A stretch of DNA of 64,000 bases. It comes from a virus (lineage: Duplodnaviria > Caudoviricetes). Positions 1-11,200 of this stretch are shown piece after piece. Below the pieces are notes generated by a model. It ran no database searches. It saw only the letters and a program-made list of their open reading frames with translations, and was not told where the DNA came from. The first letter of the stretch is position 1; each line of letters opens with the position of its first letter. Where the stretch lies: IMG/VR virus record IMGVR_UViG_3300002515_000003, positions 131,572 through 195,571 of that record, one strand, 5' to 3'. The position numbers were made by a program, and so were the translations under genes.

Positions 1-476
1 ATTAATTCGTTTATCCAGTCTGCAATTTTAGTTTTGTTTTTTTCGGGTACTGTTCCACCTAATGCGATGTATGTTTCCTTATCTTCGTTTATGTATTTTT
101 GCAACCAAATTTCGTCATCACCATAATGAAAGCAAGGTATAGGCATTAATCCTTTTATTTTCATAGTTTTATAATACCACCATGAGAATTCAGCATCTCC
201 TATAACATCTAAACTTATATATTCACCTATGTATTCCTTATTGTTGTTTACATATTGAATATAATCAACCAATGCAATATTTTTATTTTTTGTAAAAGCT
301 GAATATGCTCCCGAATCAAGTAATATATATGGCTGATAACCTATCATTTCACACCATTCTTTTAAATTCCTATTTTTAAAATAATGATAGGACAATAATA
401 TATTTGGTGGTTTAAGTTTTTTAATAACTGCAATTTCTTCTTTTGTATTGCAAGTGACAAAATACATTTTTTTCAT
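1..476 (-). CDS. DpdA/TGT-like 7-deazaguanine transglycosylase (partial, runs off the window edge)
   Basis: Not in the ORF track; translated by hand from ATG at 476 behind a GGGGGA RBS: MKKMYFVTCNTKEE...NILLSYHYF...ILLDSGAYSAF...YISLDVIGD...PIPCFHYG...YIALGG. These motifs are typical of phage DpdA/TGT-fold proteins, and the gene lies directly downstream of queT. Confidence 0.75.
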   Translation of the reverse strand, partial: MKKMYFVTCNTKEEIAVIKKLKPPNILLSYHYFKNRNLKEWCEMIGYQPYILLDSGAYSAFTKNKNIALVDYIQYVNNNKEYIGEYISLDVIGDAEFSWWYYKTMKIKGLMPIPCFHYGDDEIWLQKYINEDKETYIALGGTVPEKNKTKIADWINEL

Positions 477-500
477 ACTATTCCCCCCTAAAATTAATTA

Positions 501-965
501 TTATATTTTATCCGTCTTTAAATTAATTAAAATCATACCAAAAGTATAAGCTGAAATTATTTGACCTACCAATAAACTCGGCATTAATACCATATAAGGA
601 ATATGTAGTAAGTAACTCAGCCAAATTGGAACTATTAGAGAAGGGATAATTGCTATAGGTAACACACAAATCCATTTAGGGGCTTTTAGTTTCTTTAATA
701 AAACAACTCCTAATGTGGTAATTATTCCTACAAAACACCCTCCAAACATATCAATCAACCCTAAACCACCCATTAAAGTATTACTTATTAAATTTGCTAC
801 TCCTAATGGAATTATTAGAAATGGAAATTGATATCCCAATGCATAAATACCTGTAGCTATTCTTACTTGAAATTGACCGAATGCAAAAGATTGCGTTAAT
901 AACATTAAAATAATGTAAAGTGCTATTGCTATAGCTGATATTGTTAATTTTTTTGTTTTATTCAT
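501..965 (-). CDS. queT: QueT-family queuosine precursor transporter
   Basis: Hydrophobic 154 aa with AIAIALY...FAFGQFQVRIA...GVANLISN...GLIDM motifs. Confidence 0.85.
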   Translation of the reverse strand: MNKTKKLTISAIAIALYIILMLLTQSFAFGQFQVRIATGIYALGYQFPFLIIPLGVANLISNTLMGGLGLIDMFGGCFVGIITTLGVVLLKKLKAPKWICVLPIAIIPSLIVPIWLSYLLHIPYMVLMPSLLVGQIISAYTFGMILINLKTDKI

Positions 966-1052
966 GATTTTTATTATCTCCTCTTATTTAAATATTTTAT
1001 TATTTTGTTCTATATGATTGTGAATAAAATTTGATTTTTAAATGGTTATGTA

Positions 1053-1508
1053 TTATTTTAAATACTCAATTACTTTTTTCATTAACTCTAAATCTACATC
1101 CTTACCATTTATCTTAAACTCACCTTTTGCTTTAGATAACACAGTTGCAGTTACGCGAAATTTAATAGGGGTTTGATAGTATTTTCCATAACCACCCATA
1201 ATAATATCTTTCATAGGATTTATTTCATTGTAAATACTCAAAATATAATTATCAATTTTATTTATATTCATTTTAGTTACATATGGCGTATATAAGTTTG
1301 AAATTTCATCTGTTTCTATATCTGTAATAGTAATTAAGTATTCTTCATCAGTAAATTCAACTTGGTCACTATTCACAGTAATTGTATTATCACAATCTAC
1401 AATTACATCTATTTTGAAAACTATATCAGGATTAAATTCAATTCTTGCAATAACTCCTTCAATTCCCTTAAATATACCATTTGTAATTCTAACGTTTTTC
1501 GTATTCAT
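1053..1508 (-). CDS. hypothetical protein with KOW-like N-terminus
   Basis: VRITNGIFKGIEGVI at the N-terminus; AGGAG RBS. Confidence 0.5.
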   Translation of the reverse strand: MNTKNVRITNGIFKGIEGVIARIEFNPDIVFKIDVIVDCDNTITVNSDQVEFTDEEYLITITDIETDEISNLYTPYVTKMNINKIDNYILSIYNEINPMKDIIMGGYGKYYQTPIKFRVTATVLSKAKGEFKINGKDVDLELMKKVIEYLK

Positions 1509-1543
1509 TATTTTATAATCTCCTTCATATATGTATTATTTTC

Positions 1544-1720
1544 TTATTTAATTTCCTCAATCTCATCATGGTATAAAATATATTCTTTTTTATCTTCATC
1601 TAATAAAACTGTATATTGGTTATATCCCCATCCTTCATAGAATAAATCAATAACTACACCTGTTTTACCCTTTAAGTCGCCCTCTGTTATTATAATGTGC
1701 TTACCTTCCAAATATATCAT
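1544..1720 (-). CDS. small KOW/SH3-like protein (58 aa, not in ORF track)
   Basis: AGGAG then ATG ATA TAT TTG GAA GGT; translation GKHIIITEGDLKGKTGVVID resembles the N-terminus of the neighbouring gene. Confidence 0.5.
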   Translation of the reverse strand: MIYLEGKHIIITEGDLKGKTGVVIDLFYEGWGYNQYTVLLDEDKKEYILYHDEIEEIK

Positions 1721-1756
1721 CTCCTTTTATTTCCTAAATAAATTGACCATTTTATA

Positions 1757-3843
1757 TTAATTTATTTCATATACTGTATAAGAACTTTTAGATATTGTCT
1801 TTATTAGTTCACCTAAGAATTTAACTTCTAAAGAATCCTCATCTACCATAATACTACCTTCTTTGCAATTATCTTTTAATAAAGAATCTAATACACTAGC
1901 TTCATATTGTCTATAGTTTGTAGTTATTGCCTCAGAAAAATCTTTAGTAAAACTATTAGTTTTTAAATATTCTTCAACTTGTTCTTTTAAATTTAAAGAT
2001 TTTAAAGTTTTATAATTTTTAAGTTTATCTTCAATGCCATACATAAAATCTCTTAACCATTCTTTTATCCCTTCGATATGATATTCTTTAGCTTGTTCTA
2101 TAGTTAATTCATTCTCACTAGCTTCATCAAAATAATCAAGATAAGTAGTTTTTACACATTCCATTAAATCAGACGATATTATTTTTTCTTTTATATTATC
2201 TAGTTTTTCTGAGTCTATTAAATGAAAATTAAAAGAATGTCCTGAGCCACCTCCATGATTCTTACCTAATGTCATAATATGAAAATCTAAATCAAAATAT
2301 TTATGAGAATTATCATTTTTATCGCTATATGTAATTTTACGTAGGTTAAATTTTAAGTTCATATCATTATTTTTGTTCCAATAACTAATAAAGCATTCTG
2401 AAATAAAACTATCTTTATCCTTTAAACTATCTATAATATTGTTTGACATAGTTTGTAAAAATTGTTTTAATTCAGTGATACATTTATCATTAAGTTTTTC
2501 TTTTAATTCTGCATTATCCTTAAATCCAAATAACTCATATAAGTTTTTATTCATTCCACCTGTTCTTATTATGTATTTCTCATCAATATCTTCTATAACA
2601 CTTAATAATGATTCATATAATGTACCTTTCCCCATTTTAAGTAGTTCTTCTTTATATTCAAAATTCAATTCTAATTTCTTAGATTTCATAATATCTCATC
2701 TCTCCTTTTATTCTGACTTTTCTCTTTTCAAATATTCTTCATAAACACAATCATTTTTCTCATCAACTTCTGAATATTTAATTGTGTAAAAATCTAATAT
2801 ATTAATTCTATCAATTGTATTATATAAATCATCATCCATATTTTCCTCAATATTTTTTACATGAGCTTTTATATAATGTTTAGCTACTTCAAAAGCAAAT
2901 AACTTTGCTACAAAATGTTTATAATAGTAATTTAATCCACATTCGTGATAGTAAGGATATATTTCTTCATCTGAAAGATAATCTTGCCCTTTATACCAAA
3001 AATGACTACATCCATCCCATTTTATACTACAACTTAATAAAAAAACTTCTCCATATACTGTATTGTCCATTGACCATGAATTAGGAATTGTTATGAATCC
3101 TCCAAATGAATGTGTCCACGTTTCTGTTTGTCTAACTGTTGCTATTATTGTTCCTGTTTTATCAATTAATTCTGCTTTTAACATATGTAATTATCACTCC
3201 TTTTTAAATTTAATTAATTACATTCTCTATATTCTTCTCTATATAATTCAATGTTATCATCTCTTAAATCAACTATGTACCATTTATTGCACTTCGGACA
3301 CATAAACCATGCATTGACTTTCTCTTCTCCCGTTAGCTCTAATTCAGTGTTATCATCAGGACATTTATACATTTTAATTTATCTCCTTTTAATTTATAAT
3401 TTATAGTCGTAATCTTCATCTATAAATACTGTAGTTATTCTATTTTTTTTAATAAACCTACTAAAATCAATATTGATTATTATTTTATCGTCTACACCCG
3501 AATGTCTTTCTTTTAATATATCAACTATATTTATATATTTTTTACTCATTTCTTCGTCACAATAAATATTAACTACTTTATCTGTTTCTATTACAATATT
3601 ATTAAAATTGTTCACTTCATCCTTTCTAATTATATTCCTATCGCCTCTGTTTTTTATTACATGACCGTCTTTAATATATACACTTGATAAATCTTTAATT
3701 GCTTTAGTATATGCTGGAAAATCCTCTTGTGCACAGATACACTCTTTTTCTGATTCATGACATTTTGCACAATATATTGTATTTGAATAACTCATTATTA
3801 ATACAACTCCCTTTTCTATTTTAATTTTATATGTAGTCCTCAA
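1757..3843 (-). CDS. three hypothetical phage proteins (1757-2689, 2708-3184, 3394-~3795)
   Basis: Co-oriented ORFs with RBSs; no recognisable motif. Confidence 0.6.
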
Positions 3844-3855
3844 TTAAGAGGAACA

Positions 3856-4884
3856 TTATAAACTTACTTCAGATTCATCTCTTTGTTCAATCTCCTCATG
3901 CATTTTTGCAATGTTAAAATTAAATGGACTATTATCAATTGCTTTAGATGTTTCTTCAGAATCTACATCAATATATATCTGAGTTGTTGAAATATTGGAA
4001 TGACCAAGAATTTTAGAGATTGTGAGTGTGTCAATTCCTTGTTTGTGCATAGTTGTGGCACATGTTGATCTGAATTTATGGGTGCTAAATTTATTAGGAT
4101 TTAATCCTGCTTTAACTACATATTTTTTAACTAAATCTCCAACCGATTTTTTAGAAAGTCTAACTCCTAATCTATTTATAAATAATGCATCTTCGTGACC
4201 TATTTTAAGTTCTCTTTCTTTTCTTTCTTCTAACCAATCATTTATTGATTTCATACAAAAACTGTTAATTTTTAAAAATCTCTCTTTGTTTCCTTTTCCA
4301 ATAACTTGCAACATATTCCCTTGAATACTATCAAGATTTAATACACTTATTTCTTCTCTTCTTAATCCATCATTTAATAATAAAGATATAATTGCCATAT
4401 CTCTTTTTGAATTGCAATATCCATCTTCGATTGCATCAATTACTTTCTTAACTTCTTCCATTGTTAAAACAGTTGGTTTCCTTTTTTCTAATTCAGGTAA
4501 TTCTAATCTTAATGTAATATTTTCATTTGCAGTTATAGCTTCATTAATTTTTTCTAAATAAGTATAAAATGATTTCAATGAACTGGTCTTCCTTGACCTA
4601 GCACACTTTCCATTCTTTCTTTCTGTTGTTAAAAATCCCATGAATGCGTGAATATCAGTTAATTTAATAGTTTTAATAAAAGTTACATCAACATCAGAAA
4701 TATCAATATCTTTAAATTCAACATTACCTAAATCACATTTTTGTTGTTTCATGTATTTAAAATATAAACTTAAATCTGTAGAATATCCATCAATAGTGTT
4801 TTGTGATTTTCCTTTGATAATATCCAAATAAGTAAAAAATTCTTTAACTGATTTTGGTAAGTTTGTATTTGATTTATTATTCAT
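3856..4884 (-). CDS. XerC-like tyrosine recombinase
   Basis: SAM-like N-terminus, GLRREE, GKGNKER, HKFRSTCAT, ILGHSNISTTQIY: full R-K-H-R-H-Y catalytic set. Confidence 0.92.
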   Translation of the reverse strand: MNNKSNTNLPKSVKEFFTYLDIIKGKSQNTIDGYSTDLSLYFKYMKQQKCDLGNVEFKDIDISDVDVTFIKTIKLTDIHAFMGFLTTERKNGKCARSRKTSSLKSFYTYLEKINEAITANENITLRLELPELEKRKPTVLTMEEVKKVIDAIEDGYCNSKRDMAIISLLLNDGLRREEISVLNLDSIQGNMLQVIGKGNKERFLKINSFCMKSINDWLEERKERELKIGHEDALFINRLGVRLSKKSVGDLVKKYVVKAGLNPNKFSTHKFRSTCATTMHKQGIDTLTISKILGHSNISTTQIYIDVDSEETSKAIDNSPFNFNIAKMHEEIEQRDESEVSL

Positions 4885-4975
4885 AATATTCAGCCCCTTT
4901 TATTAATTTATGTAGATAGAAATTGTTTCGTTTAATATTTATTTTATATTTTTGTTATCTTAATCCTTATACCTT

Positions 4976-5035
4976 ATTATATGCAATTATTGGTAAAGTG
5001 TCAATACTTATTACAAATATATTTTATATTATTTT
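4976..5035 (-). promoter_or_regulatory. sigma-A promoter of the recombinase, with upstream operator-like motif
   Basis: TTGACA (5004-4999), 17 bp spacer, TATAAT (4981-4976); AAAATAATATAAAA upstream. Confidence 0.65.
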
Positions 5036-5079
5036 AAAGTTAATATAAAAACAATGAAACTGATGTTCTATTTACTAAT

Positions 5080-5358
5080 TTAATTGTATAAGCTTTTGTC
5101 AATTTCTGATATACTATTTGCATAAATAAATCTACTAATAGATATATCCTTATTACTTTTTAATATTAATTCGTCAGTATATTTATTTTCGTAATATTTT
5201 AACCTATTAAGAAAACTATCTTTAGGATTAACGATTTTAGGATTGATTATTAATTCTTCATGTATTTTATTCTCATATTTTATTAAAATAACAATCCATT
5301 TTGTGTTGTTGATTTCTGCATCATTAAAACATTTCTTTAACATTTCCATATTCCCCAT
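5080..5358 (-). CDS. hypothetical phage protein
   Basis: ORF with RBS; ELIINP...YYENKY...LILK pattern common in clostridial phage proteins. Confidence 0.6.
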   Translation of the reverse strand: MGNMEMLKKCFNDAEINNTKWIVILIKYENKIHEELIINPKIVNPKDSFLNRLKYYENKYTDELILKSNKDISISRFIYANSISEIDKSLYN

Positions 5359-5525
5359 ACATAAATGCTCCTTTCTTTAAACTGGTTTTAAACCCTAATG
5401 CTATAATAAGACTTATAAGATTTAATTACCTTTAAAGTAATTACTTTCCTACAAGTCTTATTATAAACTATTGAATTATAGATGTCAATACTTTTACTAA
5501 GTTTATATTAATATATTGTTACTAG

Positions 5526-7823
5526 CTAAATCCAAGCAGTTTTCAATAAATCTACTAACCATGTACTTCTTTCAAGATTCTCTTTTTTCTTTATAGACCT
5601 ATTAACTGTTATGATGTTGCCTAACATATAAACTCTTTCTTTAGCTCTAGTTCCCGCAACATATAAAAGATTTGAATTAAGCATGAATGTGTGTGATTTA
5701 GGAGCTATACAGATAACTTGTTTACTAGAATCTCCTTGTGATTTATGTATGCTTATACAATATCCTAATTCTAATTGGTTTAACTTATCCTTGGTATATA
5801 CTACATATTTTCCTTTTCCAAAGTTTACTGTCATATCATTATATCCTACATCACATATTATTCCTGTATTGCCGTTAAATACTTCTGTAGTTTCCTCTTC
5901 TACTTTACCAGTCATTGGACTTATCTTTTTAATTTTAGATTTTAAATATTCTGGTATACTTGCTTTATAGTTGTTTTCCATTTGCATTACTTTATCATCT
6001 TTATAAAATTTATCTTCACCTCTTAAAAGAAATTTATTATCTTTTCTCTTTTGGATTATTTTCTGAACTTCTTTATTAACTGCCTTAGTACCATATTCTC
6101 CTTTGTTTTGAGAAGATAAAACCATAATATCATTTGTACTATATTTATCTGTTAATAATTTATTATATATTTTTATAAGTTGGTGTATTATCTTTTGTTG
6201 TTGAAGTTCTACAAATATAAAATCTTTAGAAGTACCACATATTTTTACACCATTGAATTCATTATCTAAAAATTTATCTCCATTTCTAATTTTTGTTACA
6301 ACTTGCATTAATCCACCTTCAGCATATCTAAATATCTTAGTTAATCTAGTAATAGGAATTACTTCTGAAGTCAATAGATTCTGTGCAATATTACCACACC
6401 CAACCGAACAGAGCTGATATGAGTCAAATACTAGCAATAGTTTTGTTTTAGTTGCATCTATTGCATCTAATAAATGCTTGAATAAGAAAACATCTACCAT
6501 AGAAAACTCATCAACTACAACCATATCAACATCTAATTTATTTTTCTCATTAAAAGTCCAAGGATTATCATTTGCAGGATTATAATGTAGTTGTCTATGG
6601 ATAGTACCAGATTTCCTTCCTGTTTGTTCTTGCATTACCTCACTAGCTTTTCCAGTGGGCGAACATAACATATATGTCTTCTTATCTTCGTCTAGCATAG
6701 TTAATAAGTTCTTAACACTTGCAGTCTTACCCGAACCAGCAGGAGCTGTTAATATACTAACATTATACTTACATACGTTATCTAAAGCTTTTAATTGTTC
6801 ATCTGTTAAGATAAATCCATTATCTTCTCTGTATAATTCAGTTTGCATATTAAAATCATAACTATTTTTAAGCATAGATGTCAAAGTATTAGCAATGTAG
6901 TTTTCAGTATTATATGTAGACATTATAGCCATTTCCTTAGTTTTCTTATTAACGTAAATATCTTCATCGTTTTCTTTTATAATAGTTACAAAGTGAGTTA
7001 TACATTCAGGAGTTAATAAGTTACATTCTGTTCTTAGTTCTTTTATGCTTATTTTTGTATTTCCCTCACTCTCATTCTCTTCTAATATAAAATTCACACA
7101 AGCTTTCATTCTTTGTTTGGATATTAATAATTTTTCTGCAAATTTAAAATCATTGTCCTCTTTATCATTTTTATCTAATTCTAATAATATCTTATCTGCT
7201 GTGCGAAATCCTATCCGATTTAATTTACACAAACATCTATACGGGTTATTGCATAATTCTTTTTTAATTTTTGTAACAGATTTATATTTTTCATATAATT
7301 TTTTTATAACATTTATTGATATTAAGCCTTTAAATAAGTTAACTACTTCTATTAATGCAAAATTTTCTATTACTTTTCCTTTTATCCTATCAAATGTAGC
7401 ATCCTTTATACCTTTAGTTAAATTCAAATCAACATCTGATAAGTCGTTTTTTATTATTTTATCTATTATGTTTGGATAGACTTTTAATAAAATATCTACG
7501 CTATTAACATTTATACCAATTTCACACAAAAATGTTTTAGAGGAATTCAAGTCTGTAGATTTGTCTTTCGTTGCTGAAGTAGCTTTATATTGTGCTCCAA
7601 AATTTTTATTAATTTCTAAACTAGCTTTAACCTTATATTCTGCATGAGGTATTAGGTTTTGAATATCACCTACTATTATATACTCCCCATTTTTATTACT
7701 AGCTAATTGTGGATATAGCTTTTTATCTACATCCACAACATATATTTTAAAATTCTCTGAGTTAAATCTTTCTCTTTTTATAGTACATTTAAAATCAAGC
7801 ATAGTATTGCTCAAAACAATCAC
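5526..7823 (-). CDS. recD2: RecD2-like SF1B helicase
   Basis: Walker A APAGSGKT, VVVDEFSM, IGFRTAD HhH region, ISIHKSQG, LLYVAGTRAK. Confidence 0.92.
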   Translation of the reverse strand: MIVLSNTMLDFKCTIKRERFNSENFKIYVVDVDKKLYPQLASNKNGEYIIVGDIQNLIPHAEYKVKASLEINKNFGAQYKATSATKDKSTDLNSSKTFLCEIGINVNSVDILLKVYPNIIDKIIKNDLSDVDLNLTKGIKDATFDRIKGKVIENFALIEVVNLFKGLISINVIKKLYEKYKSVTKIKKELCNNPYRCLCKLNRIGFRTADKILLELDKNDKEDNDFKFAEKLLISKQRMKACVNFILEENESEGNTKISIKELRTECNLLTPECITHFVTIIKENDEDIYVNKKTKEMAIMSTYNTENYIANTLTSMLKNSYDFNMQTELYREDNGFILTDEQLKALDNVCKYNVSILTAPAGSGKTASVKNLLTMLDEDKKTYMLCSPTGKASEVMQEQTGRKSGTIHRQLHYNPANDNPWTFNEKNKLDVDMVVVDEFSMVDVFLFKHLLDAIDATKTKLLLVFDSYQLCSVGCGNIAQNLLTSEVIPITRLTKIFRYAEGGLMQVVTKIRNGDKFLDNEFNGVKICGTSKDFIFVELQQQKIIHQLIKIYNKLLTDKYSTNDIMVLSSQNKGEYGTKAVNKEVQKIIQKRKDNKFLLRGEDKFYKDDKVMQMENNYKASIPEYLKSKIKKISPMTGKVEEETTEVFNGNTGIICDVGYNDMTVNFGKGKYVVYTKDKLNQLELGYCISIHKSQGDSSKQVICIAPKSHTFMLNSNLLYVAGTRAKERVYMLGNIITVNRSIKKKENLERSTWLVDLLKTAWI

Positions 7824-7837
7824 CCCAATTTATATTT

Positions 7838-10800
7838 TTAATATATTTCCCATCCATCTAAACTATTGTTAAATTCATTTTTCTTTGTCTGCCATTTGTC
7901 ATTTTCATCCTTATACTTTTTAGGTTTCTTGGACTCTGATAAGATATGAACTATATCCCCTACTATTATAGGATTTTCAGAGAATAACATATAGTCAGAT
8001 AATTTATATCTTACTTCTATACCTTTTTTAATATCATACATATTTAGATATCTAGTAGTACCACGTTTATTTTTAAACTCATCAATTTTTATTACATAGT
8101 ATAAGTCTTTAACATCTAATTGTGTTATAGGATAGCCTAAATACTCTATTTCAGCGAATAATTTATCTTTGAGAAGGATGTCTTTATCTTCTATTTTCTC
8201 TATTAGTTCTTTTATAAGACCACTTATATCAACTTCCTTATATGTTTTTGCAGTAGATTTTCCTGCGTACTTATCCATTAATGCTTCTGTTAAGCCTAAC
8301 TCTTCTAAATCTGATTTTTTAAATTGTTTTCTTGTATATAAATTAGTATAATAATCATTAATATCTAATAGTTTTTTTGACTTACCAAATTCAGAAAAGT
8401 AATCGAGTTTAATTAATGCTGTTAATTGACGTATATTTATATTAATTTTTTCAGTTATATCTTTTAATAGGTCTAAGAAATCATTATAAGTATTATCTCT
8501 TAACTTATATAGTTGATTAGCACATAATTCATTTAAGTATTTAATAGAACCTACGCCTTTATATATTATATTAGTTTCTTTATCACATTTATATTGACCT
8601 ATGGAATATCTAAATTGACAATTTTTAAGTTTAAATCCTTTGACTTTTACTAATTCTACTCCATTTGTTATGTCATCTTTAGTTTCAGCCCAATTTAAAT
8701 ACGAAGTAGTAAATTCTAATGGATGATAACATCTTAGATAAGCACAGTAATAACCATTCATAGAATATCCTGTGGAGTGATTGTATCCAAATTGATATTC
8801 TGAAGAATCTGATATAATTTGAATAAACTCTTTTGCTTCTTTTTCTGCAATTTCTCTAGGCTGAGAAGACACCTTACAATATCCTTCTAGTATTTTTGGA
8901 AGTTGTTCTTTAAGTCCTTTAATATCCTTATGTCCAATACATCTTCTAGTTGTGTCTGCATCTGAACCACTAAACCCACAAATATCTGTTAGGAATTTTA
9001 TTGTATCTTCCTGAAATATTAACCATCCTTTGTTATCCTTTAATAGTGTGTCTATTTCCTCTGATGGATTAACGTTATACTCACCACGGATTAACTTATC
9101 TCTGTAGGATTTACCCGAAGGTCTCAGCGAGGCATTCACCATCGACATATTATTGATTGTTTTACACTTGAATTGAGATATTAAGTCAAAGGCAAATTTA
9201 CTTTCAAATTGAAATAAACCTACATTACTACAGTTCATATCATTCCACACTAATTCATCGTTCCAATCCATCTTATCTGCATACTGCCAATCTTTATTTA
9301 TAAGTTTATAAGTGTCCTGTATTACACCTACAGTTTTTAATCCAAGTATATCAAATTTTACGAAATTTAAATGTTCTACAGCTTTCATAGAACAAAATGA
9401 TATAGGGAAATTCTCGTCTCCACCCTTATAATATATGCCCAAATTATCATAAAGAGTTATAGGACTTCCTATCATACCTGCTGGATGATTTCCTTTTGAA
9501 ATTATAGTTCCTTTTATTCCATCAAAATAATAAAATAATTCCTTATTGTCTTCTCTAAGTTTGTCCCAACCTTCTTTTAATTCTCTTATTCTATTCTTTT
9601 TTTCTTTATTTCTTATTATATTAGTATATATATCATAATCGTCAAAATTAGGAGATTTACTTGTAGCCTCCTCTAATTCTTCGAGATTAACTTCTTCTTG
9701 AATTATTTTAGAATATTCTTCAAATATACTATCAAAGCTATTTTTTATTGTTTTAACAAAACCTATGTCATCATATTTTAATCCTTTTGAAAGCACATCA
9801 ATACTTCCTCTATCTTGTATGGTGCTTAAAGACAATATGTATGATACATTTTTATTTCCAAATCTATCTATTATGTATTGATAAACTTTTTTTCTATCTG
9901 AGGGAGCGAAATCAGCGTCTATGTCGGCAAGAGACACTCTATCTGCGTTACAAAACCTTGAAAATACTGTATGCCACACTATAGGGTCTACATCTGTTAT
10001 GTCTGTTATATATGCTATTAAACTACCTCCCACTGAACCTCTACATGGGGATGAGTGTATTTTATTTTCTCTACACCAAGTCATTAACTCTGACATAAAC
10101 ATCATAAAGCTACCCATCTTTTGACCACTCATAGCTTTATATTCTTCGTTTATTTTCTGCTTATATTCTTTTATTTTGCTTTTATCTATAATATGTTTAT
10201 CTAGTTTCTCTTTTAACTTATTTTTAATAAGAGTCTTCCATTGCTCATTTTCATTATCTCCATAAAGAGTAGGATATTTAAATGTTTTATCTAATGTGAA
10301 TTCTTCTACCATATCAGCAAATTTGTTTGTATTATCAATAGCTTCCATATATACTTCTTTTGGTAAAGCGTCTTGATTTTCATAACTTTTAATTAATTCA
10401 TCATAGTTTTTCCAAGTTAAGTCAAAAGCATCTTCATCACCATAAAAACTTTCTTTGGCTATTTGAAGTATTTTTCTACATTCAGCCTTATAAGCAGTTG
10501 ATGAATGAGTGTCTGTCCCAGAAATCAATGGAATGTTGTATTCTTTAGACCATTTATATAGTTGTTTATTAAATTCAATTTGATGGATATGGTTATGATA
10601 TTGTATTTCTAAAAAACACCTATCATTATTTTTAGATAACCATGCTAATAATTCATTTCTTTTTTCTATATTATAATCGTATAATTCTTTTCCATCTTCT
10701 TTTTCTAGAATCTCTTTATCACTAAGCCTCCATAGAGGAGAAGATATACAAGCAGTTGTAATTATAATATTCACACTAGTATTCATTAACTCTTCAAAAG

Positions 10801-11182
10801 ATATTCTAGGGTTATAATACATATGTCTATCAGTTTTATCTTCTTTTATTCCTTTAGAAGTAGATAAAGCCATCAAAGTGTTGAGTTCCTTAACTCCTTC
10901 CCAATTCTTAGCATATAAACCTATATGCCATCCTCTGATATTGTCCTTTAAATTAATACATAAATAAAGCTCAACGCCATGTATATATTTTATATTATTT
11001 TTATCGCAAGATTGTTTCTTTTTTACCCAATCATATATTCCTCCATGATTACTAAATGCAATAGCTTTCATATTACATTTTTTAGCTAATTGAATATATT
11101 CATCAAATTTAGTACATGAGTCGGCATATCCATTACAATTTGATGTATCGTCATGTAAATGTTGCACCACATAGTTATCCAT
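7838..11182 (-). CDS. dnaE: DNA polymerase III alpha subunit (phage DnaE)
   Basis: PHP domain (HLH, TDTH), RGSVGGSL, ADIDADF, KFDILGL, FQFES, YQFGYNHS. Confidence 0.95.
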   Translation of the reverse strand: MDNYVVQHLHDDTSNCNGYADSCTKFDEYIQLAKKCNMKAIAFSNHGGIYDWVKKKQSCDKNNIKYIHGVELYLCINLKDNIRGWHIGLYAKNWEGVKELNTLMALSTSKGIKEDKTDRHMYYNPRISFEELMNTSVNIIITTACISSPLWRLSDKEILEKEDGKELYDYNIEKRNELLAWLSKNNDRCFLEIQYHNHIHQIEFNKQLYKWSKEYNIPLISGTDTHSSTAYKAECRKILQIAKESFYGDEDAFDLTWKNYDELIKSYENQDALPKEVYMEAIDNTNKFADMVEEFTLDKTFKYPTLYGDNENEQWKTLIKNKLKEKLDKHIIDKSKIKEYKQKINEEYKAMSGQKMGSFMMFMSELMTWCRENKIHSSPCRGSVGGSLIAYITDITDVDPIVWHTVFSRFCNADRVSLADIDADFAPSDRKKVYQYIIDRFGNKNVSYILSLSTIQDRGSIDVLSKGLKYDDIGFVKTIKNSFDSIFEEYSKIIQEEVNLEELEEATSKSPNFDDYDIYTNIIRNKEKKNRIRELKEGWDKLREDNKELFYYFDGIKGTIISKGNHPAGMIGSPITLYDNLGIYYKGGDENFPISFCSMKAVEHLNFVKFDILGLKTVGVIQDTYKLINKDWQYADKMDWNDELVWNDMNCSNVGLFQFESKFAFDLISQFKCKTINNMSMVNASLRPSGKSYRDKLIRGEYNVNPSEEIDTLLKDNKGWLIFQEDTIKFLTDICGFSGSDADTTRRCIGHKDIKGLKEQLPKILEGYCKVSSQPREIAEKEAKEFIQIISDSSEYQFGYNHSTGYSMNGYYCAYLRCYHPLEFTTSYLNWAETKDDITNGVELVKVKGFKLKNCQFRYSIGQYKCDKETNIIYKGVGSIKYLNELCANQLYKLRDNTYNDFLDLLKDITEKININIRQLTALIKLDYFSEFGKSKKLLDINDYYTNLYTRKQFKKSDLEELGLTEALMDKYAGKSTAKTYKEVDISGLIKELIEKIEDKDILLKDKLFAEIEYLGYPITQLDVKDLYYVIKIDEFKNKRGTTRYLNMYDIKKGIEVRYKLSDYMLFSENPIIVGDIVHILSESKKPKKYKDENDKWQTKKNEFNNSLDGWEIY

Positions 11183-11200
11183 ATCTATTATCTCCTCTTT

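Noticed and set aside
7838-11182. Intein or intron in DnaE
   Set aside because: Continuous ORF of normal length with no intein terminal motifs seen
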